Assembly (NCBI GenBank): GCA_963826785.1
Contig: CAWGYD010000001.1
Coordinates: 256,001-320,000, forward strand
Source: an uncultured delta proteobacterium
GTDB taxonomy: Bacteria; Desulfobacterota; Desulfobacteria; Desulfobacterales; Desulfosalsimonadaceae
Direction of reading: 5' to 3'
DNA: 64,000 nt
The translations under genes and the position numbers were made by a program. The first letter of the stretch is position 1. Each line of letters opens with the position of its first letter. The notes under the pieces are model-generated. The model saw nothing but the letters and a program-made list of their open reading frames with translations, ran no database searches and was not told the origin of the DNA. This document shows positions 8,584 through 17,101 of the stretch, piece by piece.

Positions 8584-10294
8584 TTATTGGGGGTAATTTT
8601 GTGACTGATGCGCTTTTCCGTGGCATTTTAGAAAACATTGCCCCCGGAAGCGGCCGAGATCATTATATTCAAGCCGTCCCGTGTCATCGGGCATGACGAT
8701 GGTCCGATCAAAATTGATGAGATGGCTGTTGCGGATGGAATTTCCCTGCATGTAATTGATGCCGTGGGGATCATGACAGGCCGAACAGGGCGTCTTTTGA
8801 TCCACCACATGCGTCTTGTGCGGGAAGCTTTCATCATTCAGCAGGGTCGCCCGGCTGTGGCAAGTATAGCACAGGGCGTAGCTGGAGGGGGACTCTATCG
8901 TGTAATCATCGGTGACATACCGGTCGGTGAGCAGATGCGGCCAGTCCGATCCGTGGGGTCCCTTGGGTGCGGAGGGATCGCTGCTGCCATGACAGTCCGA
9001 GCAGGTGATGGTGCTGCTGACGGTATAGGGCGGCAGCAGGCTTAACACATCCGGGTTTTTTCCCCGGACTTCCACCGGGTGAAAGGAAGGATTGGCCGGA
9101 TCAAATTCCAGCCGGGTGTTGACCTGATCAATCTGCCGGGCAACGTTTAGCGTATCGACGACATTGTTGTCGCCGTGGCATTTGAAGCAGATTTCATATT
9201 CATAGCGGGCTTCGGGCAGCATCTGGCCGGCCCCGGACATGCCCGATGCCCCCCGGGTCGCCCCCGATACCCGGGAGCCGTCCATGGACGGATCGGCGTT
9301 TGCCTGGTGGGGATCGTGGCAGTCGCTGCATTCAACATGTTTTTGGACGCCCCCCGATGCGAAATTTTCGCCCGGATCGTGAACGCCCGTATAGGCATCC
9401 ACGGGATGCCGGTACCGCTTGGTGATGACCGACGCGATATCGGTGGCGGCCACCTTGCCGTCATGGCAGGCAAGGCAGTTGTCCTCTTCATACACGAAGC
9501 GCAGCAGCCGCTCGATTTTCTCCTGCAGAATGGGGCCGGTGGCAATTTTCACATCCGTTTTCGGCGACGGTCACGTAGTCGGTATTCGGCCAGAGCGTAC
9601 CGGACCGGTCCAGTACCGCAGGGGAGCGTGAATGGGAAGAGGCGTTCCAGCCCTTTTCGTCATGGCAGGTAATGCACAGGGATGATCCCGTATTGTCCAT
9701 CACCAGAAACTGGCCGAACGTGTCATCATGGGGGTCATGGCAGGTGATGCACTGCAGCACGCGATTATTTTCGAGCCGGATTTCCCGGGGGAGCGTGGAC
9801 GGATCCCTGATCTCCCGGTTCTCCAGGGAAAGTCCGGTATCGTAGACAAATGAAACCGGATGGTCATCGGACAGGTCCGTGCCCAGTCCCGAGGGCCGCT
9901 GCTCGGGCAGATACCGGATGCCGCCCCGAAAAGGGATCTCGGTTTCCCCCGCAGCGGTCGCGCCAAGCGCAATGGTGCCGTCGTGGCAGCTCAGGCACAT
10001 CCGGGAAGATCCGGTGGGCTGCCCCACGTCGGCGGTGAGGGTGGAACTGTAATAGGGGGTATAATGGCTTTCATTGACGCTGCGGTTCCACAGATACGGC
10101 ATGTTCGAGCCTTCCCGGTGGGGAATGTGGCAGAAAATGCATATCCTCTCTTCCGATGAAGCGGTAATGGCGCCGGGGCCGCTGATGGACAGGTTGTGCC
10201 GGGTCGCGCGTATGTTTCCGCCCAGGGCGGACGTGGATAAACAGCACAGGAACAGGGCGAGGCCCGCAAGTTTTTTGTTTTTCATCCGTTTCAT
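8584..10294 (-). CDS. ~12-heme cytochrome c with an OmcE-like N-terminal tetraheme domain (indel near 9515)
   Basis: Signal peptide; CIFCH, CLSCH, CITCH, CITCH, CENCH | CLACH, CSDCH, CFKCH, CSDCH, CYTCH, CSACH, CFLKCH. The two ORFs join at HSAGEN/ERLL. Confidence 0.85.
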
Positions 10295-11328
10295 TTCAGG
10301 GCATCTTCTTTCAGGTATTTAAATACCTGGATCCGTTTATTGCTTGAATCCGACACGTAGATATAATCATTTTGATCGATGTAGATCCCGGTGGGAAGCC
10401 AGAATTCTCCGCTCCCCGAGCCGTGGTTGCCAAAGGCCATCAGCAGGCGGCCCTTCGGGTCAAACATCTGGACATTGTCGAAGAGCGCATCCACCACATA
10501 GAGATTGCCGTCGCTGTCGGCTGCCACACCCTTGGGCCTGGCAAAGGTCCCGGGCGCATCGCCCATCCGGCCAAAGGCGGTTTGAAACGCGCCTGTGCGG
10601 GAAAACACCTGGACCCGGGCATTTAGCGAGTCGGACACGATAATGTCGCCGGTGGGTGATGTGCATATGTGGGTGGGATAGTGCAGCCGGCCGTTTTGCG
10701 ACCCGCTGCCGCCAAATGATCCTTTCGGGGAAAGGGTTTTCAGGTCGTATCTGAATACCCGGGAAAGAAGCGTGTCCACCACGAGCAGTTCCGATGTCTG
10801 CTTATTGACGGCAATCCCGGTGGGCCGTTTGAACACATCGCGGCCCAGCTCCGCAACGAATGTGTCCCCGCGGTCCTTGAATATCCTGACCACGGCATCT
10901 TTCGAGTCGGTGACGTAGATCCGCCCCCCGTCATCTATGGCAATATCCACCGGGGAGGCCGGCAACGACTGTGCCGGGGAGAAGGAAGAATAGCGGTTCC
11001 CCTTTGCATCGAACACATGGACCTTCTTCAGGAAGGTATCGACAACATAAAGCCTGCCGTCGGCGTCGGATGACACGCCATAGGGGGAAACAATGGATGC
11101 CCCCGGTCTGCCGCCGATATAATCGACCAGTTTTTTAAACACCCCGGGTGCGATCCCGGCATCTTCCGGTCCGGATATGGTGTCAACAAATTCGATGCGC
11201 TTTGTCTCCGGCGGTTTCGGCCAGAAGAGATCCGCCCGCGGGCGCAGAGGTTCCGCGTGCTTGACGCATCCGGCCGCAACTGCCCATATGATCAGTGCCG
11301 CCGCGAATATAGGGATCATCCTGCGCAT
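10291..11328 (-). CDS. NHL-repeat six-bladed beta-propeller lipoprotein
   Basis: Lipobox AAGC; repeated P.G.A.D..G.LYV.D..N.RVQVF blades; ATGA overlap with the next gene. Confidence 0.9.
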   Translation of the reverse strand: MRRMIPIFAAALIIWAVAAGCVKHAEPLRPRADLFWPKPPETKRIEFVDTISGPEDAGIAPGVFKKLVDYIGGRPGASIVSPYGVSSDADGRLYVVDTFLKKVHVFDAKGNRYSSFSPAQSLPASPVDIAIDDGGRIYVTDSKDAVVRIFKDRGDTFVAELGRDVFKRPTGIAVNKQTSELLVVDTLLSRVFRYDLKTLSPKGSFGGSGSQNGRLHYPTHICTSPTGDIIVSDSLNARVQVFSRTGAFQTAFGRMGDAPGTFARPKGVAADSDGNLYVVDALFDNVQMFDPKGRLLMAFGNHGSGSGEFWLPTGIYIDQNDYIYVSDSSNKRIQVFKYLKEDALK

Positions 11329-11335
11329 GACCGGG

Positions 11336-13306
11336 CTACCACAGGCTCCGGGTGATGCCCAGGTAAATCCGCTGCTGCCGGTAGCTGTCCCCATTTTTCT
11401 TGTCCTCCTGATTGCCCAGCCGGTAGGAGAGGGTCCCTGTCCAGACCCCGTACGCCAGTTGGACGGTCGGGGCGATTTCCGTGTATACCATATCCTGATG
11501 GTCTCCGGAAACCCTGTCCCACAGACCCACCATGCTGAAAGTGCACCACCATCTGGGCGTCCAGCCGATGTTGGTCCCCAGGCTGTAAAAATCTTCCGAT
11601 TCATCGATGTCCGGAAAATCTCTGTTTCCGTAATCTCCGGAAAAATTGAAATAAAAATTTCGCAGGGGCCTGAAGTTGATGAGTTGGCGAACGCTCCGGG
11701 TGATGATGGAATTGCCGTTGCTCCGGTCCTGATCCTCATAGAAAAACTGGGTCTCCGTCCAGTCGGTGTCGAACCGGATGCGGACACTGTTGCGGGTATC
11801 ATCAATGGGATCATACAGCGATTCACCGGATATCACGTTCTGGTTGAGACGGCCGTGCGCCAGGGTGAGATAGAAAAACGACCACAGATCCAGATCGAAA
11901 CGGTAGTCCTGGCCGAAGCGGGCATCGTCCACCGAGGCATCGATCCGGTAGCTGTAGCGGATGAGCACCTCCTGACCGTCGGCGATGGAGCCCAGCAGGG
12001 AGCGGCTGATGCTCACATCGGGCCCGATCTCCTGGATCCGGTAATCGATATTTTCAGCGTAGACGGTGGCGCCGGTAATGCTGGTCACCAGGATGGATTG
12101 GCGCAAAATGTTTTCTTCCCGCAGCAGCGTTTCCTCACCGATTTTCAATACATGGGGCTCCTGGGTCGAAATGATGTCCTGGTCGCCGCTTCGTTGGGTG
12201 AGATCATAGGTGTACCCCGCGCCCAGCTCCACGTTTCCCCAGGGGATCGGCCGATTGTAGGTAAAGCCCAGGTTGCTGCGGTACAGGTCTTCGCTTCCGC
12301 CGGAAAAATCGGTAAATGCCGCCTCCCCGCCAAGATCCGTGGTCAGGCGGTCATACAGGCGATGGGTCAAACCGGCCCTCAGTGCGGTTTCCTCGTTTAC
12401 GAAGCTGTCGAAGTCGTTCCGGTTGTAATTGATGCTGTACCGGGTCAGCAGGCTTCTGCTGTGGGTCCAGAAAAGATTCTCCGAAGCCGACCAGATATCA
12501 CTGTCCGCATCGGCGTATTCGGCCCGGTTGTTGTAAAAAAGCGAGTCGAGTCTGACCCTGTTGTCATCCGTAAAAAAGAGGGTGTTGGTCAGTTCCGTGT
12601 TCAGGGCATTGGATGAAATATCGGTGCTGTCATACAGTGTCCGGGTGGTTCGGTCCGCGTCGTCGTAAAGCATTTCGAGCTGGGTAACGCTGTTTCCCGC
12701 ATTGTGACGGACATCGACCTGCAGTTCATTGCGATCTTCATCCCACCCGTAAAATCCGCTCTGGGAGGATTTCTGACTGCTGAATCCGATGGAGGCCGGC
12801 AGCGTGGGGTTGGTGAAATTCAGCCGGGTGCCCCAGGTTTCATTATCGAAATCCGTATCCTGGACGGTCGACAGATCGAGCCGGCGGGTGTTACGGTAGG
12901 CAAAGAAATCCATGGAGAACGGTTTGCGCTTCAGCAGCGTCGCCCGCGCGTCATAGGCCATAACCGATGTGTCCCTCCGCTCTGTATGGGATTGTTCAAA
13001 TATTTCCTGGCGCCACTCGGGCATGAAGGTAAAGCGGTATTCCATCAGGTTGGGATGATAAAGCCAGCCACCGGTGCGGATGGTTGCAGTCTCCAGAAAG
13101 TCATGGGTGGTGGTCTTTGTTTCCGCCTCCGGCGTTTTTAGCGTTTCATCCTCAAATTCATAGGAAGTGCCAAGCCCCAGCTTGGGCCGCTCCATGAAAA
13201 AAAATCCATTCTCCTGCGCATGGGCTGAAGTCGCCGCCGTCATCAGGGCGGCACATGACAGCATAAACAGGATCATATGGGTTACTCTATTGCGGGAAAA
13301 CATCAT
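11336..13306 (-). CDS. Large outer-membrane beta-barrel (porin/secretion channel of the cytochrome cluster)
   Basis: Signal peptide ending AHA; alternating-polarity strands rich in Y/F/D/N/T; C-terminal beta-signal YLGITRSLW; no heme motif. Confidence 0.8.
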   Translation of the reverse strand: MMFSRNRVTHMILFMLSCAALMTAATSAHAQENGFFFMERPKLGLGTSYEFEDETLKTPEAETKTTTHDFLETATIRTGGWLYHPNLMEYRFTFMPEWRQEIFEQSHTERRDTSVMAYDARATLLKRKPFSMDFFAYRNTRRLDLSTVQDTDFDNETWGTRLNFTNPTLPASIGFSSQKSSQSGFYGWDEDRNELQVDVRHNAGNSVTQLEMLYDDADRTTRTLYDSTDISSNALNTELTNTLFFTDDNRVRLDSLFYNNRAEYADADSDIWSASENLFWTHSRSLLTRYSINYNRNDFDSFVNEETALRAGLTHRLYDRLTTDLGGEAAFTDFSGGSEDLYRSNLGFTYNRPIPWGNVELGAGYTYDLTQRSGDQDIISTQEPHVLKIGEETLLREENILRQSILVTSITGATVYAENIDYRIQEIGPDVSISRSLLGSIADGQEVLIRYSYRIDASVDDARFGQDYRFDLDLWSFFYLTLAHGRLNQNVISGESLYDPIDDTRNSVRIRFDTDWTETQFFYEDQDRSNGNSIITRSVRQLINFRPLRNFYFNFSGDYGNRDFPDIDESEDFYSLGTNIGWTPRWWCTFSMVGLWDRVSGDHQDMVYTEIAPTVQLAYGVWTGTLSYRLGNQEDKKNGDSYRQQRIYLGITRSLW

Positions 13307-13380
13307 CGGTTCATTTATCGCCCATGGTCTTTCAGCTTCTCACGAGATGGAAACTGCGGGTTCATCGAAATTCAAGCCGG

Positions 13381-14121
13381 CTACTCAGTCTTTTTGCAAT
13401 CCACGGGGGACAAATTTTCACCACTCGGGTCCGGCTTCAAAAAAGCCGTATGTTTTTCTTCCATGTAGTCTTTCTTCAACATAAACCGGTCTTTCCCCAG
13501 GTGGACATTGTGGCACGACAGGCACGGTTTGGGTTGATCTGCATCCTTGATGCATTTTGCAGCGCCGATTTTATTGCCTTCATTGTGGCAGCTGACGCAC
13601 AAGCGGTCCGGATCGTCATTGAGCCGAAAAGGGTACCGGCTCTGATGGGCCGCGTGGCACGCCAGGCATTTTCCCTCGGCTGAAAGCTTTTGCAGATACA
13701 GCCCCCTTTGGATCGCCCACTCGGGGGACAGGTCCTTGTGACAGGTTTGGCAGAGCTTTTGGGCCGGGGCCACCAGGGGGCCCGGCTTTCCCCCGCCGCT
13801 TCTGAAAATGCCGTCCCAGCTGTTCCCGAAAATGGGGGTGGAAAAGGCGGAGGCCCCTTCATGGCAGGCCGCGCATTTTCTTCCGATATAAGGTTTGTGA
13901 GAAACCAGGGGGCGCTCGAGCACCCCGGCGTCGGCGGTCTGCACGACCGTAGATGCCGGGGTTTGGGCTTCCAGGGGCTTGGGTTTTTCGGCGGAAATTT
14001 CCTCTTCAGGAAACAGGAAGCGAAAGGCCGCACTTTCAGGATGCTTCTGGCACCCTGGCGTCAGAAACATCAAGACGCCCGTAAAAACAGCGAGGGCAAA
14101 AATGCTTATCTGCTTATCCAT
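13381..14121 (-). CDS. Pentaheme cytochrome c lipoprotein (paired CXXCH type)
   Basis: Lipobox TPGC; CAACH, CQTCH, CLACH, CVSCH, CLSCH; immediately upstream of the barrel. Confidence 0.85.
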   Translation of the reverse strand: MDKQISIFALAVFTGVLMFLTPGCQKHPESAAFRFLFPEEEISAEKPKPLEAQTPASTVVQTADAGVLERPLVSHKPYIGRKCAACHEGASAFSTPIFGNSWDGIFRSGGGKPGPLVAPAQKLCQTCHKDLSPEWAIQRGLYLQKLSAEGKCLACHAAHQSRYPFRLNDDPDRLCVSCHNEGNKIGAAKCIKDADQPKPCLSCHNVHLGKDRFMLKKDYMEEKHTAFLKPDPSGENLSPVDCKKTE

Positions 14122-14194
14122 AAGACTCCAGTAAAATCCGTTTTCTCGCCGGAACAGCGTGCGGGTCGCAAGATATTTTCAAGTCGTCGGACCA

Positions 14195-15271
14195 TCACCG
14201 CCCTATGCTCTGGTTTTCCGGGAGCGTATCGCCGACCCATTTTCCGAATCCATAGACATTGAGTTTGCTGGATCCGAACATGCTGGTGACATAAACGAGG
14301 TACTCGATTTTAAAATTCGGGGAGGCAAATTTGGAAAAATAGCCGACATTGGCGTAATCGATGGCGATGCCGGCAGGAAGATACAGGCTGCCCGGGGCGC
14401 TGCCGGAGCCGCCGAAAAAGAGCAGCAGCCGGCTCTGATCATCAAAGATCTGCACGTTCTCAAAGGCGGCATCCACCGCATAGAGATTGTTCGCTTTATC
14501 CACCGCCAGCCCTTTGGGCCGCGCAAAACCGCCGATCTGGTCGCCGTGGAACCCGATGGTCCGGCGCAGATCACCGTCGGGGGAGAGCACCTTGACACGG
14601 AAGTTGAAGGCGTCGTTGACAAAGACCTCGCCGCCCGGCCCCACGGTGAGGTGGGAGGGTTTGAAAAAATCCCCTTTTTTCCCCACGGCCCTGATCAGGC
14701 CGCCGGTGTCCTTATCCAGGATGAACAGCTGCTCTTTATCGATATCGATCACATACACCCGGTTTCCATGCACCGCCACATCCACCGGCTTTTCAAATAT
14801 CTCCGCATTGCCGTAGGCCCTCAGAAATTCGTTGTTCCGGTTAAAGACCACCACCTGTTTTCGCTGCATGTCCGCAACGTATTTGAGGTCGTCATCTGAA
14901 ATCCAGATGCCGGAAGGATTGCCCAGGCTTCCCATTCCGCTGTCATCGATGAAGGAAAGGGTCTGATCCGCCAGATCAAGCACCACGATTTTTCGGTAGA
15001 CCCGGTCCAGGACGTAAATTTTGCCCTTTGAAGACCCCACATCATAGGGCCGCCCCAGTTTTTCATTGTCGGGTTTGCCCAGGATGAACTCCTGAAGGGC
15101 ACTTTGCTTTTTGCCCAGGTCGTGGGCGTCCGTTATGGAATGGAGAAACTGCAGCCGCGGTTCCTGGGGCAGCGGCGGGTAGTATATAGGATTTTGATGC
15201 ATCCCCTCCCTGGGCACGGAGGCGCACCCGATGAAGACGATAAACAGTGAAAACAGGAAGATCTTTTTCAT
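14195..15271 (-). CDS. NHL-repeat beta-propeller lipoprotein
   Basis: Lipobox FIGC; YYPP.P..PR.QFL N-terminal motif; FARPKGLAVD..NLYAVDA blades. Confidence 0.9.
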   Translation of the reverse strand: MKKIFLFSLFIVFIGCASVPREGMHQNPIYYPPLPQEPRLQFLHSITDAHDLGKKQSALQEFILGKPDNEKLGRPYDVGSSKGKIYVLDRVYRKIVVLDLADQTLSFIDDSGMGSLGNPSGIWISDDDLKYVADMQRKQVVVFNRNNEFLRAYGNAEIFEKPVDVAVHGNRVYVIDIDKEQLFILDKDTGGLIRAVGKKGDFFKPSHLTVGPGGEVFVNDAFNFRVKVLSPDGDLRRTIGFHGDQIGGFARPKGLAVDKANNLYAVDAAFENVQIFDDQSRLLLFFGGSGSAPGSLYLPAGIAIDYANVGYFSKFASPNFKIEYLVYVTSMFGSSKLNVYGFGKWVGDTLPENQSIGR

Positions 15272-15288
15272 TTTGCAGGGCGGATCCT

Positions 15289-15948
15289 TTATTTGTCGTG
15301 ACAGGTCAGGCAAAGGGCCGACCCTGTATTGTCCTTGATCAGCAGTTTGGTTCCCGGGACCGCCCGGGTGTTGTGAACGTCATGGCAGGATGAACATTCC
15401 ATCCGGCTTTGAAAAAGCATATCGTCATGAATGGTCCCGCTGCTGCCGACCAGGCCCGAAAGCTTGGCCAGCGGGTCGTAAAGCTCACCGTCCTGGGTGG
15501 CCAGAGAGGTGTCATAAACAAATGAAATGGGATGATCATTGCTCAGGTCGGTGCCGATCAGGACATCTCCGAACAGATAAACGGTCCCGTTTCGGATATC
15601 GCCGAAATTTTCCAGGGCCACGGTCCCGTCATGGCAGGAGAGGCAGATTTTGGAAAGCCCGTCCGGCTGACTGCTGACATTCGCATCCATGGTGGGGGAG
15701 CGGGTGCTGTTATACATGGTGTAGACCTCCGTGGACAGTTCATGATTCCACAGCGGGGCCGGAAGGGGTTTGGTGTGATGGGGCGTGTGGCAGGGCTTGC
15801 AGATTTCCCCGCTTTCGTTCCACAGATACCCGCGAAAGTCATGGGCGGATCCGACGATGGTCCCCGCCAGTGCGACAGACGAACAGACGAGCAGCAGAGA
15901 CAGTATGGCCGCCGGTATTTTTCTCTTCATCTTCAACTTTATCCGCAT
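15289..15948 (-). CDS. omcE: OmcE-like tetraheme cytochrome c (candidate nanowire subunit)
   Basis: RBS AGAGGA; Sec signal ending ALA; motif series HD..., ICKPCHTPH, PLWN, CLSCHDG, GTDLSNDHP, ECSSCHDVH, GSALCLTCHDK-stop matches my recollection of Geobacter OmcE. Confidence 0.8.
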   Translation of the reverse strand: MRIKLKMKRKIPAAILSLLLVCSSVALAGTIVGSAHDFRGYLWNESGEICKPCHTPHHTKPLPAPLWNHELSTEVYTMYNSTRSPTMDANVSSQPDGLSKICLSCHDGTVALENFGDIRNGTVYLFGDVLIGTDLSNDHPISFVYDTSLATQDGELYDPLAKLSGLVGSSGTIHDDMLFQSRMECSSCHDVHNTRAVPGTKLLIKDNTGSALCLTCHDK

Positions 15949-16099
15949 GTTTGATCCTCTATGATTATTGTTCGTTTCCATCAACTTTGCTGGTGAATGC
16001 TTTATCTTCGTTCCTGGCGGAAAAATGAGATTTTAGTGCAAGACAGGCCAAAAAAAGGCAATCCCGGGCTAAAAGATGCGTTTTTCGCCTATGCACGAT

Positions 16100-17101
16100 T
16101 TACATTTGGTGACATTCCTTGCACAGGTTTTCCGGCAGCCGATGCCGGTATTTGCTGTCCGCCCCCTTGGCCCCGGGCCGATCCTCCGGGATGACCCCTT
16201 TCTGGTGGGGGTTGTGGCAGGTGATGCAGGTCATCTCGCCCTTTTCATCCAATGGGAGCCTGACCTGATATTTTTCCTCCATGTGTTGAATCCGCTTCAT
16301 TCCATCCGGGGAGGGCTTGATGCCCATGTGATCGGCATTTCCGGAATGGTTCCCGGCAATCCGGTGGCACCGGCGGCACATGGTTTCGATATTGCCGATG
16401 AACTTGACGTCCTTGAAGGTCGCATGCTTTTCGTCGGGTTTCTCTTCGTGGCAGATCAGGCAGTTTTGAATGATGATCTCGCCGTTCTCATCGATCTGGT
16501 GATGGGGGTCGAGCTTCTGGTAGTTTTGTTCGGCATGGCATTTATAGCAAAAATCCGTCCGCCTGGGATAAGGGGCGCCGCGCAGGGAATTGCGGTCAAA
16601 CAGCCGCTTTTCGCACTGCAGGAAAACGTTGTGGCAGGTGTTGCAGGTGAGCCGTCCCTCCTGCAGCGGAAAATCGGCCGGCATCCGTTTTTTCTTTTCG
16701 GGCGACGGCGCGATGTCGAAGGGGTGGATGTACTCGGCCGGGGCTTCGGCATGACAGCGGCATAACCGTCCATAATCGGCCTCGAACTTGAGCCAGGGCT
16801 GTCCGCTCCCCTTGACGGGCGTGGTTTCATGGCATTCGCTGCAATATTGTCCGGTGTAATGGATATTGGTGGCGGCCGTGACGCCTTCGTTTACAAACGT
16901 GAAGTCAGGGGCAAAGCGGGGCGCTTCTGCCGCCGCCGTCTCCGGCGATGGGCCAACGTCCGCATCTTCATGATAACTTTGCGTCGAAACGGATTGGCAG
17001 GACACCATCATCAGGCAGAAGGCCAGGGTGATGAGGCGCGTTCTCTTGAACATGCCCAGGAGACGGCATCTGTGGTTATGCAAATACGCTTTTTCTGTCA
17101 T
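16100..17101 (-). CDS. Octaheme cytochrome c, probable lipoprotein (7 CXXCH + 1 CXCH); paralog of 33701-34594
   Basis: MMVSC lipobox; CSECH, CRCH, CNTCH, CYKCH, CLICH, CRRCH, CITCH, CKECH. Confidence 0.9.
   Translation of the reverse strand: MTEKAYLHNHRCRLLGMFKRTRLITLAFCLMMVSCQSVSTQSYHEDADVGPSPETAAAEAPRFAPDFTFVNEGVTAATNIHYTGQYCSECHETTPVKGSGQPWLKFEADYGRLCRCHAEAPAEYIHPFDIAPSPEKKKRMPADFPLQEGRLTCNTCHNVFLQCEKRLFDRNSLRGAPYPRRTDFCYKCHAEQNYQKLDPHHQIDENGEIIIQNCLICHEEKPDEKHATFKDVKFIGNIETMCRRCHRIAGNHSGNADHMGIKPSPDGMKRIQHMEEKYQVRLPLDEKGEMTCITCHNPHQKGVIPEDRPGAKGADSKYRHRLPENLCKECHQM

Noticed and set aside
11329..11826. N-terminal extension of the 511-aa NHL ORF
   Set aside because: Overlaps the barrel gene in another frame; the lipoprotein signal starts at 11328.
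11177..12616. 479-aa plus-strand ORF (also 25503-26714 and 40419-41663)
   Set aside because: Antisense to well-supported genes, with no recognisable domains.
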